Positions 24,577 to 33,981 of a DNA stretch of 64,000 bases are shown here, one piece after another. How positions within the stretch are numbered: the first letter of the stretch is position 1; every line of letters begins with the position of its first letter. The notes under the pieces were generated by a model. That model made no database searches and had not been told where the DNA came from. It saw only the letters and a program-made list of their open reading frames with translations. The stretch lies in sequence record PV654397.1. One strand, written 5' to 3'. The position numbers and the translations under genes were made by a program.

Positions 24577-24756
24577 TTATACAGATGCGAGAGCGAGGAT
24601 TTCCCTGAAGGGATTATCTTTTGTTAGTGCGTGATGAATGCAGCTATTGAGATTAATATTTTTAGTACTATTAGTTGCCAGGTTGTAGTACTTCACGAAG
24701 GTGTCGTACATGAAACGGTCTTTAATGCTTATGTGTTCTATATAGTATTCTTGCAT
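24577..24756 (-). CDS. ~60-aa paralog array member (MQEYYIEH...; not in ORF track)
   Basis: 59 aa, AAGGA SD, ends FREILALASV. Confidence 0.7.
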   Translation of the reverse strand: MQEYYIEHISIKDRFMYDTFVKYYNLATNSTKNINLNSCIHHALTKDNPFREILALASV

Positions 24757-24764
24757 ATTATTCC

Positions 24765-24953
24765 TTACATAGAGATGAGTTTCAGTACATCAATATACAT
24801 ATAACGTTCAGATGACAGTACACGGGTAGTGATAATCTCAATCGATATATTTTTAATTCCATGTGCAGATGATTGATGGTGCTGAATAAATGAGTTGTGC
24901 ATACTTTGTTCTATGTGGTTTAGTTTATTGAAGTAGTACTCAAAAGTGTTCAT
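24765..24953 (-). CDS. ~60-aa paralog array member
   Basis: MNTFEYYFNKL...YIDVLKLISM. Confidence 0.7.
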   Translation of the reverse strand: MNTFEYYFNKLNHIEQSMHNSFIQHHQSSAHGIKNISIEIITTRVLSSERYMYIDVLKLISM

Positions 24954-24960
24954 GTCTACC

Positions 24961-25140
24961 TTAGATTGAGATTAGTTTAAGTACTTCTCTGTACGTGTAC
25001 TTTTCGTTTTGTGCTTCTACTGTACACGAGAGTAGATAACGTTTTTTATCTCTTTTGTTCCCGACTGTGTAGTACCTTTGGAATTTATTATAGTTGTATC
25101 TATCTTTGTGCTGGAGGTTATAGATATAGAATTCTTGCAT
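24961..25140 (-). CDS. ~60-aa paralog array member (MQEFYIYN...; not in ORF track)
   Basis: 59 aa; ends AQNEKYTYREVLKLISI, identical to 25343-25525. Confidence 0.75.
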   Translation of the reverse strand: MQEFYIYNLQHKDRYNYNKFQRYYTVGNKRDKKRYLLSCTVEAQNEKYTYREVLKLISI

Positions 25141-25148
25141 AGAGTACC

Positions 25149-25334
25149 TTAGATTGCTATCAGTTTGAGTACTTCAATATATGTGCGGTACTCTGCTTTA
25201 ATTAAATTTGTACACACTGTAAGGGAATTTCTTTGTATAAGTTTATTGCCGCTTTTATACGCATTTCTCCACACATAGAGATGAGATCTTTCAGGCATAG
25301 ATAGTTTATTTGTATAGTACTCAAATGTATTCAT
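25149..25334 (-). CDS. ~60-aa paralog array member
   Basis: MNTFEYYTNKL...YIEVLKLIAI. Confidence 0.7.
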   Translation of the reverse strand: MNTFEYYTNKLSMPERSHLYVWRNAYKSGNKLIQRNSLTVCTNLIKAEYRTYIEVLKLIAI

Positions 25335-25342
25335 ATATTACC

Positions 25343-25525
25343 TCAAATAGAGATTAGTTTAAGTACTTCTCTGTATGTGTACTTTTCGTTTTGTGCATCT
25401 CTTGTGCTTGTATATAGGTATCCTCGACGATATTTGTTGCTCCCGTTCTTGTAGTTGAATTCGAACTTATTGTAGATGAATCTATCGCCAGGCTGTAATT
25501 TACTTAAGTACAATTCAATGCTCAT
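25343..25525 (-). CDS. ~60-aa paralog array member (start trimmed to MSIELY)
   Basis: Ends YTYREVLKLISI. Confidence 0.7.
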   Translation of the reverse strand: MSIELYLSKLQPGDRFIYNKFEFNYKNGSNKYRRGYLYTSTRDAQNEKYTYREVLKLISI

Positions 25526-25535
25526 AGTATTCTCT

Positions 25536-25721
25536 TTACATATCAATAAGTTTCAGTACTGCTCTGTACGTGTACTTAGTTGTTAGTGCTTCTTTTATAG
25601 CAATACAGAAGTAATGTTGTTTGTCTCTTATACTACCGCGTTTGTAGTACCATACATTGGAGTTGTGGGTGTACTTGTCCCTGTCGGATAGATTTTGGTA
25701 ATAGTATAATATATGATTCAT
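25536..25721 (-). CDS. ~60-aa paralog array member
   Basis: Ends YTYRAVLKLIDM. Confidence 0.7.
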   Translation of the reverse strand: MNHILYYYQNLSDRDKYTHNSNVWYYKRGSIRDKQHYFCIAIKEALTTKYTYRAVLKLIDM

Positions 25722-25930
25722 GGTAATGTAATTAGCCTTATTATGTTAAAGTACTCGGTCCCTGGTACACCTTGTAGAATATTATCAACTACATTTTCTT
25801 GGTGCAGGATTAATACATTCGGTGCGGTTCTTTTAAGGTTTTTTAAAGTACTGTATTCTTGTTTAAGGATGAACTGTACATCTTTAGGGAGAATATCTAA
25901 GTAGTACTGGTGTATGTTCATTGTTTTCAT
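25718..25930 (-). CDS. ~60-aa paralog array member
   Basis: MNIHQYYLDIL; similar to 26129-26341. Confidence 0.65.
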   Translation of the reverse strand: MKTMNIHQYYLDILPKDVQFILKQEYSTLKNLKRTAPNVLILHQENVVDNILQGVPGTEYFNIIRLITLP

Positions 25931-25941
25931 ATAGTACTCTT

Positions 25942-26127
25942 TTAGAACTTAAAGATGAGGTTCATGATAGATAAGTACTTAGTTTCAGGAAATTGATGTT
26001 CTATTGCATAACGTGTCTCCAGTCTGAAGTCAAATTTATAAAAGGGACTATTCATATCCATAGGTTCATTGGGAAATGAATCTCTGTATTGTTTGTGCAG
26101 CTTACTACAGTAGAATTCTTTATACAT
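25942..26127 (-). CDS. ~60-aa paralog array member
   Basis: MYKEFYCSKL...LIFKF. Confidence 0.7.
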   Translation of the reverse strand: MYKEFYCSKLHKQYRDSFPNEPMDMNSPFYKFDFRLETRYAIEHQFPETKYLSIMNLIFKF

Positions 26128-26128
26128 A

Positions 26129-26341
26129 TTAGTGCTCGATTAAAAGGGTTAGGATGTAATAGTATTGCATACTTTCTACCCCTTGTACAGCATTTCTTAT
26201 TTTATTATTCCTGTACGAGTTCAAGAGTTTAGGACAATGTTTGAAGTTTATATAATTATTTTGTGTATACAGTAGGCTTTCTCGTAGACCTTTTGTTGGT
26301 AGTGCATCAATGTAGTACTGTTCAATGTTCATAGTGTTCAT
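26129..26341 (-). CDS. ~60-aa paralog array member
   Basis: MNIEQYYIDAL...ILTLLIEH. Confidence 0.65.
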   Translation of the reverse strand: MNTMNIEQYYIDALPTKGLRESLLYTQNNYINFKHCPKLLNSYRNNKIRNAVQGVESMQYYYILTLLIEH

Positions 26342-26565
26342 AGAGCTACCAGTACTAAGATTTTTGATAATTGTTTATTGCTATTCCCGCAGATGTTGCT
26401 GTGTAAAATACTCACTACAAGGGTATCAAGTGCATTGTTCAGCATAAGGTTACATCCAGTACTGTTATGTGTTTTTAGCTCAATTAGCCACGAACTATCC
26501 GCGAGAAACTTCGCGTACTCTAGTTCATTTAGAGTATTAATGTAGTACTTAAGTGTAGTTGTCAT
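26338..26565 (-). CDS. first gene of the small-paralog operon (75 aa)
   Basis: LKYYINTL...ILVLVAL; AAGGAG SD. Confidence 0.65.
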   Translation of the reverse strand: MTTTLKYYINTLNELEYAKFLADSSWLIELKTHNSTGCNLMLNNALDTLVVSILHSNICGNSNKQLSKILVLVAL

Positions 26566-26590
26566 GTGTAGTTCTCCTTATATTCCTTCT

Positions 26591-26619
26591 ATAGTACACC
26601 AGTACTGAAAGGATGTCAA
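26591..26619 (-). promoter_or_regulatory. sigma70 promoter of the small-paralog operon
   Basis: TTGACA-17-TACTAT with AGTACT in the spacer. Confidence 0.75.
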
Positions 26620-26636
26620 GGGTTTTGTTTATGGGG

Positions 26637-26644
26637 TATAAATA
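26637..26644 (+). promoter_or_regulatory. T4-type late promoter
   Basis: Exact TATAAATA (T4 gp55 consensus) upstream of the first MLPF gene. Confidence 0.65.
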
Positions 26645-26671
26645 TGATATAATGAATAAAGGAGAAGAAAT

Positions 26672-27820
26672 ATGTTACCTTTTGTTAGAATGTTTGATTA
26701 TGGGAATGAAGCACCTACCAACTCTGGGCGTTTTAAAATATATTCCAGTGATTCTATGTATCTTCATGATACTTATACTGACAAGTTGTATGCATCTTCT
26801 GCGACGAATTGGGGTACTGGTACAGGTGTAGCATCGAGTAAATTTATTCTTTGTGCGGAGAATGTTAAACGAGTTCTATTGGAAGATAACAGTAGTGATT
26901 GTCAATTGTATGAAGAGAAAGGTACTGGAAAAGTTTTTATCACTGGTAACACGAAGGCATTCACTGGTGTAACTGATAGAAAAACTTTGTGGACGGACTG
27001 TACTACGTGGATAACATCAAGTGGTATTAATGTTTCTGATATAAAATACATGAGTAGTTTTTATGATATGAAGGTGAATTTGATAACAAACGATGGTACA
27101 TTGTATTGTTGTGGAGCTAACAATATATCGAACATATCATCATTTGGTGATGGCACAAACATTAATTCTTTTAACACATTCAAAAGAGTAGATACTATAA
27201 CTTCGGTTAAAAAGGCAGTTGGTAACATTTATTTGCGAGAAGATAATACTTTATGGGGTTGTGGTTTTAACTATTACTACCAGTTGGGCACGGGTAATCA
27301 AACTTCTATTACTGGGGTGACGATGATTTCTTCGGATGTTATAGATTTTAATGTAAGTTATCAGAGTACATTTTTTATCAAATCGGATAATAATTTGTAC
27401 GCTTGTGGTAAACAGTTCGGTGCACAATATGGGAACGAATTTGGTACAGGTGGTACTTCCTCTTCTACTGATATACAATATAAAACTCCCACATTATTGA
27501 GTGCAGGTGTTTATAGTTTATATACTTGTGTTGGTAACATGGCATCACATATAGTTAAAGGTGATGAAGTACTTTATGCATCTGGAAGCAACTCGTCTGG
27601 TCAATTAGGTGTTGGTAATAATAATAATCAGTACTCCTATACTCCTTCATATACTTCGTTTAATACCTCTTGTAATTTGGTACGCACCCCATCTGGTTCA
27701 CTTATACTTACTGATACTGGAAAATTATATTATTGTGGCCTTGCAATAGTAGTAATGGGTGGTATTTCTGGACAGAACGTTCTTAATTATACAGAAGTCG
27801 ATATGTCATTTTTGCAGTAA
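26672..27820 (+). CDS. MLPF-tag RCC1/BLIP-II-like beta-propeller protein 1
   Basis: MLPFVRMFDYGN; repeats such as LWGCGFNYYYQLGTG and LYASGSNSSGQLGVG. Confidence 0.85.
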   Translation: MLPFVRMFDYGNEAPTNSGRFKIYSSDSMYLHDTYTDKLYASSATNWGTGTGVASSKFILCAENVKRVLLEDNSSDCQLYEEKGTGKVFITGNTKAFTGVTDRKTLWTDCTTWITSSGINVSDIKYMSSFYDMKVNLITNDGTLYCCGANNISNISSFGDGTNINSFNTFKRVDTITSVKKAVGNIYLREDNTLWGCGFNYYYQLGTGNQTSITGVTMISSDVIDFNVSYQSTFFIKSDNNLYACGKQFGAQYGNEFGTGGTSSSTDIQYKTPTLLSAGVYSLYTCVGNMASHIVKGDEVLYASGSNSSGQLGVGNNNNQYSYTPSYTSFNTSCNLVRTPSGSLILTDTGKLYYCGLAIVVMGGISGQNVLNYTEVDMSFLQ

Positions 27821-27828
27821 ATTAATAT

Positions 27829-27887
27829 GCCAGTACTTGATACTGGCTTTTTTGATTAAATATAGTATAATGAATAAAGGAGGAAAT
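27829..27887 (+). repeat. conserved intergenic cassette (GCCAGTAC hairpin terminator, ATTAAATATAGTATAAT, AAAGGAGG RBS); further copies from 29004, 31441, 32654, 33917, 34727, 35936 and 40647, variant at 30254, terminator only at 43015
   Basis: Near-identical ~65-bp sequence read before eight MLPF genes. Confidence 0.85.
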
Positions 27888-28997
27888 ATGTTACCTTTTG
27901 TAAGAATGGTTAAGTACGGGAATATTGCACCAGTACCGAAAAAAATAAAGAAAGTTATAGCAGGATATGATAATTTATATGTACTATATGGTGATGGTTC
28001 GCTATATGGTTGTGGAATCAATAACTATCAACAGTTAAATATTGATGGAACTGCTACACAAAATAATTGGGTACTAATTACCAATGGTGTTAGTAATGCA
28101 TGGGCTGGTGGATACAATATTTTATATTTGAAAGAAGATAAATTTATAATGCACGGAACTAATGTCTCATTAGGTTTAGGAAATACTACAATTCCATTAG
28201 GTGGAGTAGATGTAACTTCTTCATTCCCAGATATCTCTAATATTAAAATGATATCCATTGGTTTTGATTCAATGCACTATGTTAGTGCTGATGGTACAAC
28301 TGTATATGGAAGAGGTATGAACACAAATGGTTCTGTTGGTTCAGGTAGTACTTACTCACAGAGTACTTTCACTTCAGTACTGAATAATGGAACTAATCAG
28401 GTTATTGATATATTTGGTAACGTTAATAATACAGTGCTTCTAACATCGAATGGTGAGCTTCGAGCATGTGGGACAAGTGCTTATGGTTCTATAGGAAATG
28501 AAACTGGTAAGTGGACATCGTTTGGTTTAAAATTATCTGGCACTAAAATAATGGGTGGTAATGGGTATAGTACGCTTGCATATACAAATTCGGGAATGTA
28601 CCACTCAGGGTGGCAGTTAAATGGGGAACTAGGAAATGGTTTAGATACTAACGTACAGGTATATCCATTTCAATTTAACTCTAAAACGATAGATAGCAAG
28701 ATAGATAAAATTGCCAAATCATCATCTGGGTCATATGTTAACATGTACTCAACAACAGAAGGAAAGATATATACGACAGGTTCGTTTGGTAAAAACGGGT
28801 CAACTACTGCATTGAATTTGTTCACCAATACATTAACACTTATAAATTACAATCCAGATACCGCCTCGTTGTATACGTGCACAAACTTCAGTGTTGTGTA
28901 TGATGGTAATGAAACTATTGCTGTAAGTGGTAGTCCTACATATGTACCAGGGGGCGTTGCCGCTAATAGATGGACTACAATTCCATTACCCAAGTAA
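27888..28997 (+). CDS. MLPF-tag RCC1-like protein 2
   Basis: Start trimmed from 27759; MLPFVRMVKYGN; LYGCGINNYQQL repeats. Confidence 0.85.
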   Translation: MLPFVRMVKYGNIAPVPKKIKKVIAGYDNLYVLYGDGSLYGCGINNYQQLNIDGTATQNNWVLITNGVSNAWAGGYNILYLKEDKFIMHGTNVSLGLGNTTIPLGGVDVTSSFPDISNIKMISIGFDSMHYVSADGTTVYGRGMNTNGSVGSGSTYSQSTFTSVLNNGTNQVIDIFGNVNNTVLLTSNGELRACGTSAYGSIGNETGKWTSFGLKLSGTKIMGGNGYSTLAYTNSGMYHSGWQLNGELGNGLDTNVQVYPFQFNSKTIDSKIDKIAKSSSGSYVNMYSTTEGKIYTTGSFGKNGSTTALNLFTNTLTLINYNPDTASLYTCTNFSVVYDGNETIAVSGSPTYVPGGVAANRWTTIPLPK

Positions 28998-29068
28998 TAC
29001 TATGCCAGTACTTGATGCTGGCATTTCTTTTTGTATTAAATATAGTATAATGTATAAAGGAGGAAAAT

Positions 29069-30250
29069 ATGTTACCTTTTGTTAGAATGTTTGATTATGG
29101 GAACGTCGTTGAGCCACCTGTGGGTACACGTTATACCTGTAGTGACTATAGTGCGACTTATAGTTTAATAAAGGATGGTGTGTTATATGTATCTGGGATG
29201 AATAACTATTATCAGTTAGGTAATAACACTAACGTAACACGTTACAACGAGTGGTTAAAAGTTCCAGAGACTGATAGTGTTAAGTTTTGTAGTACTGGTT
29301 ATAGTCAGACAATGTATCTGACTAACAATGGTAGGATAATGATAGCAGGGGAAGATCCTACTTTCGGTGCGACGGCGGTGAGTGTAAAGGTTTGGACTGA
29401 TATAACTTCTAGATTTAGTGCAGTTGATACTAAAAAGATTGTTTATATTTCAATAGAACGCTTTGGTGTAATGATGATCATGGAAGATGGTTCAGTATGG
29501 GCGTGTGGTGTTGATAATACTGGTTGGAGTGGACAAGGGAGTAAGACTGTTGGTTTCTTTACTTTCAGACAAATATACACCGGAAGTGCAGGAAGTGCAG
29601 TTGCTTGTACTGCTGGTACTGGTACTGCGAGAATTCTGTTAGCTAATGGAACAATCTTGTCCTCTGGTACTAATACATATCATCAATGTAATGCTAGTAC
29701 TAATCCGTCTGTTCTAACATTCACTGAATCATTCCCTGGGGTTGATCCTTCATTGATATATCAAATCAAGATGTGTAATAACAACTGTATTATATTTTTG
29801 AGTGATAAGAGATATTACGGTACTGGCTGGGGAAGTTTTGGTGCATTGGGTGATGGTGATATTACGGGTTCGAATAATAAATTCTATGCAGGTACATTGT
29901 CAGTTGCTCCTAAAAACATGCGTGCTTATATGTCGTATCTATGTAGTTCTTCTGGGGATTCTAGTATGTACATAGGCGATGATAATTTCATATACACCTG
30001 CGGTTATCGTGGGAGGAACTTAATAAATGCCACTACAGATATTGGTACGTTCACGAAATGCATTCAAAGTGCACAAGGATACAAGAATGGACTTATATAT
30101 AGTGGGAATTATTGTGCTGTAGTTTTTGATCCAGATTTGGGTACAGGAATGACTTATGCGGTTTCATCACCAAAATTGAATTCTCCAGCACCACAGGCTA
30201 GTGTTCCAGCATTGGGTATGAGTTCGTTACAATCTATCATTTTACCATAA
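29069..30250 (+). CDS. MLPF-tag RCC1-like protein 3
   Basis: MLPFVRMFDYGN; LYVSGMNNYYQLGN. Confidence 0.85.
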   Translation: MLPFVRMFDYGNVVEPPVGTRYTCSDYSATYSLIKDGVLYVSGMNNYYQLGNNTNVTRYNEWLKVPETDSVKFCSTGYSQTMYLTNNGRIMIAGEDPTFGATAVSVKVWTDITSRFSAVDTKKIVYISIERFGVMMIMEDGSVWACGVDNTGWSGQGSKTVGFFTFRQIYTGSAGSAVACTAGTGTARILLANGTILSSGTNTYHQCNASTNPSVLTFTESFPGVDPSLIYQIKMCNNNCIIFLSDKRYYGTGWGSFGALGDGDITGSNNKFYAGTLSVAPKNMRAYMSYLCSSSGDSSMYIGDDNFIYTCGYRGRNLINATTDIGTFTKCIQSAQGYKNGLIYSGNYCAVVFDPDLGTGMTYAVSSPKLNSPAPQASVPALGMSSLQSIILP

Positions 30251-30324
30251 ATGATACCAGTACTGAAATACGTACTGGTATTTTTTTGTAAATACATTAT
30301 AATTATTATATGGAGATTTTAGTT

Positions 30325-31434
30325 ATGTTACCTTTTGTTAGAATGTTTGATTATGGGAATATCACACCTGGTCCTAAAAATATAATTAAAGTTGGTGCTT
30401 CTACACAGGGTCAATTCTTATTGACTGATTCACATGATTTATATTACATAGGAAGAAATCAAGGTGGTGAATCTGGAAATGGTAATACCAACACGGTATC
30501 TTCATGGATATTAGTAAGTGCAAATGTTTCTAATTTTTTCGTGGGTGATCGTGCACTTGTTATTATTAAAAATGATAATACGATATGGACATCAGGTCAA
30601 ACGTACTGGTTCACATCTTCTACAACTACTTCTTACAGTACTACATTAGTTGATAGAACCAGTTGGTTCACAAATGCAATACCAGTAAGTGAAATTGCTA
30701 ATATTGTATGTTCAAATGGTGTAATATTTGTACTTAGTTCTAGTTCAGTACTATATGGTGCAGGATATAATGGATACCGTGGTGCATTAGGTATTGGTTC
30801 ATCATCAATTTATACATTAACTCAATGTGCTACTAACGTACGTAAAGTAATGACAACGGGAAATGATAGCATATATATTAGTACTGACAATAGGTTATAT
30901 AGTTCTGGCTGGAATGATAGTGGTCAACATGGAACAAACAACCGAGTTCAGGTTAATACATGGGCGGCTAGAGCGAGTGGGGTTATTGATGCTACGGTAG
31001 GTGGTACTAATATAATGTATTACAATGGTACGCGTTATAATACCTGTGGATATGCCCCTAATTTCTATGGTTCTACTGTACAATTAATGACGGGTATTCC
31101 TGATGCGACTCTACCTAATATTGCTCCTTTATACATGACTAATACAATGAATTCTAGCTCTGCTGCTATGATGATAATAACTCCATCCTACCAGAAAGGT
31201 GTAGGTGGGGTTCGTGGTTTAGGATTAGGTGGCGACCAGAGAGGTGTGGAAAATACAGCAGTTAATTTGGATTTGAAAGTTCCGTTGAGTTCGATTAAAG
31301 ACATTGTTTTTAGTGATGGTTTAACTTCAATATTAACAAAAGACGGAGATGTATATAGTACTGGATCGTATTACGCCATTCCTGGAGCAAGCGAGGATGT
31401 TGCAGTCTTTACTAAAATTGATTTACCAAAATAA
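30325..31434 (+). CDS. MLPF-tag RCC1-like protein 4
   Basis: Start trimmed from 30310; LYGAGYNGYRGALGIG. Confidence 0.85.
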   Translation: MLPFVRMFDYGNITPGPKNIIKVGASTQGQFLLTDSHDLYYIGRNQGGESGNGNTNTVSSWILVSANVSNFFVGDRALVIIKNDNTIWTSGQTYWFTSSTTTSYSTTLVDRTSWFTNAIPVSEIANIVCSNGVIFVLSSSSVLYGAGYNGYRGALGIGSSSIYTLTQCATNVRKVMTTGNDSIYISTDNRLYSSGWNDSGQHGTNNRVQVNTWAARASGVIDATVGGTNIMYYNGTRYNTCGYAPNFYGSTVQLMTGIPDATLPNIAPLYMTNTMNSSSAAMMIITPSYQKGVGGVRGLGLGGDQRGVENTAVNLDLKVPLSSIKDIVFSDGLTSILTKDGDVYSTGSYYAIPGASEDVAVFTKIDLPK

Positions 31435-31504
31435 CATAATGCCAGTACTTGAGTACTGGCATTCTTTTTGATTAAATATAGTATAATGAATAAAGGAGGG
31501 AATT

Positions 31505-32647
31505 ATGTTACCTTTTGCAAGAATGGTTAAGTACGGGAATATTGCACCAGTTCCTGTAGTTCCTACAATAAAAGATTTTAAGATCGGCTTTTCACATGAA
31601 GTATTATTGGACAGTGCAGGTGATGTATGGGGTATTGGATACAATACAGATGGGCAGTTGGGTTTTTTGGATGCAAATACCAATTCACTAGGTGCATGGT
31701 CTAAGATATATACTGATGTTCGATTAATTGGAGTTACTGCTAGATATACAGTGGTAGTTACTAATAATAATAGAATACTATACGCAGGAAATAACTTAAT
31801 TTCTAGTACTACTACTCTTGGGTGGACCGATATAACTGCCAGTATGGGTCCGGTTGCAGTGGATAGCATCGATGCATTATATTGTACAGAGGGTATGATG
31901 CATATTAAAACTTCAGATGGTTCTTTATATGCATATGGTCGTAACATGAACGCAAACAGTGGTGTTACTGGTGGTGTTATTAGTGTTGCAACTAAGGTTA
32001 ATTTGCCTTCTGCTGTAAATGACATGCGATATACGTTTAGTTATGGTTCAGTACTATGTCGATTGGATACGACTTCTATATACGCATGGGGACGAAACAC
32101 AAATGGTGAATTAGGTCAGGGTAATGCAACAGCCATTGTTACTCCAAAACTATTGTCTGGTTCTTCTATTGCAATGGGTACTTCGTATAATGCTACTGCA
32201 ATTGTTTCTGGTTCTGCATCGTTAGTTACGTGTGGTGGTCAGAATAGTGGTCAGTTGGGTAATGGTATTACTACTGATGGTAATGTATACACCTTTGGTG
32301 TCAGGACATACCCAGGCGATCTTAATACAATAAGAAGTCCAGTGGATTGCAGTACAACTTACACCTCTGCATTTATGAGTCCAGATGGTATATATTACAC
32401 TGGTGCTAACCGAAGTATGTTTGGTGGTATTAGTGGTGCTTCTACCGTTGCTGTATATACTAAATGTAGTGATTTACCAATAACATATTCTAATATAATT
32501 CAGTGGAGTAGTGGTACTATAGGTGGTGCTATATGTAGTAGTACAGAGTTATACCAATGTGGTATAGGTAGATACATTGCTGGTGATGGTGCGAGCACAA
32601 CCAGGTATGGATTTAGGAAGACACCATTACCTTGGGATACTTATTGA
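31505..32647 (+). CDS. MLPF-tag RCC1-like protein 5
   Basis: MLPFARMVKYGN; IYAWGRNTNGELGQG. Confidence 0.85.
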   Translation: MLPFARMVKYGNIAPVPVVPTIKDFKIGFSHEVLLDSAGDVWGIGYNTDGQLGFLDANTNSLGAWSKIYTDVRLIGVTARYTVVVTNNNRILYAGNNLISSTTTLGWTDITASMGPVAVDSIDALYCTEGMMHIKTSDGSLYAYGRNMNANSGVTGGVISVATKVNLPSAVNDMRYTFSYGSVLCRLDTTSIYAWGRNTNGELGQGNATAIVTPKLLSGSSIAMGTSYNATAIVSGSASLVTCGGQNSGQLGNGITTDGNVYTFGVRTYPGDLNTIRSPVDCSTTYTSAFMSPDGIYYTGANRSMFGGISGASTVAVYTKCSDLPITYSNIIQWSSGTIGGAICSSTELYQCGIGRYIAGDGASTTRYGFRKTPLPWDTY

Positions 32648-32718
32648 CATTACGCCAGTACTCTGTACTGGCTTTTCTTTTTGTATTAAATATAGTATAA
32701 TGAATAAAGGAGGGAATT

Positions 32719-33909
32719 ATGTTACCTTTTGTTAGAATGTTTGATTATGGGAATATCACACCTGAACCTCTTCAAATTAAGAAAATAATACCAACTGATA
32801 CTGAGGTTGTTGTACTTTATACCGACGGTCAACTATACGCACGAGGCAGTAATAGTTATGGGAAGTTTGGTAGAGGAAATAATAATGCAGTAAGGTCGTG
32901 GACATTAATTAGAGAAAATGTCAAAGATTGCTGGATGACACAAGGAACTTTGTTAGTACAAGATAATGACTTAAATTATTTTTATTGTGGATATGGTAGT
33001 CATATTGGTTTACCAACTAGTACTACTACGTTTTTAAGTTATAACCAATATATTGAAAATTTGTACACACAAAGTTCAAGTACTTCAATTAAACAGATGT
33101 ATGCAGGTACTACGTGGTTTACTTTCTTAATGGATAATAATACAATATGGAGTACAGGGTGGAATAGTGCTAGACAATTCGCAGATGGTACAGGAACTAC
33201 TTATCAAATATCAGATGGTTCATTTGTTAAAGCGGTAACACCAGATGTTGATATTGCACAAATAATGTCAACATATAACTGTGTAATGTTGTTTGATAAA
33301 CAAAATAATTTATATATTGGTGGTAGTACATCTGGCATAAGTACTAGTACCACATGGACACCATTTAATGAATATACTTTATATCAGCCAAGTACCACAT
33401 ATACAAAAACATTACAATATACTGTTTGTTCATTTGGTGCTGTCAGTGCTTTAGTAGAGAATCCAAGTACAGGAGCACGTCAGTTTCTAGTTGGTGGATT
33501 AGCTAATAATGGAGCATGGGGAAATAAAACTACATCTAGCACTGTTAATGGAGTTTTAGGAAATAATAGTGCTACATTACCACCCGGTACTTTGTATTCA
33601 ATTCATACTGGATACCCAGCACAATCTAGTATACTAGTTACGAGTGCAGGTGTATATGCAACTGGTTTAAATGCGAGTAGTTATGCTGGCACATTGGGTG
33701 TTGGTTATGATGCTACCATTGGTAAATTTACTGCATGTCCATTGCCGTCAGAAATAACATATTCTATGTATGATAAAATAAAAATATATCGCGGTTCGTT
33801 GCGTACTTTCCTAACTGCTGATATGAAAAATATATATTCAACCGGAACTTATGATGATGGTGGTCCTAGTACAAATAGATATGTTCTGGATACACCTAGA
33901 CAATTGTAA
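32719..33909 (+). CDS. MLPF-tag RCC1-like protein 6
   Basis: LYARGSNSYGKFGRG. Confidence 0.85.
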   Translation: MLPFVRMFDYGNITPEPLQIKKIIPTDTEVVVLYTDGQLYARGSNSYGKFGRGNNNAVRSWTLIRENVKDCWMTQGTLLVQDNDLNYFYCGYGSHIGLPTSTTTFLSYNQYIENLYTQSSSTSIKQMYAGTTWFTFLMDNNTIWSTGWNSARQFADGTGTTYQISDGSFVKAVTPDVDIAQIMSTYNCVMLFDKQNNLYIGGSTSGISTSTTWTPFNEYTLYQPSTTYTKTLQYTVCSFGAVSALVENPSTGARQFLVGGLANNGAWGNKTTSSTVNGVLGNNSATLPPGTLYSIHTGYPAQSSILVTSAGVYATGLNASSYAGTLGVGYDATIGKFTACPLPSEITYSMYDKIKIYRGSLRTFLTADMKNIYSTGTYDDGGPSTNRYVLDTPRQL

Positions 33910-33981
33910 TGTAAAAGCCAGTACTTGATACTGGCTTTTCTTTTTGTATTAAATATAGTATAATGAATAAAGGAGGGAAAT

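Noticed and set aside
27888-27923. Recombinant hybrid of the two tag alleles (MLPFVRMVKYGN)
   Set aside because: The DNA is the ARMVKY allele with a single GCA to GTA change (GTA AGA, not GTT AGA), so it is a point mutation rather than a crossover.
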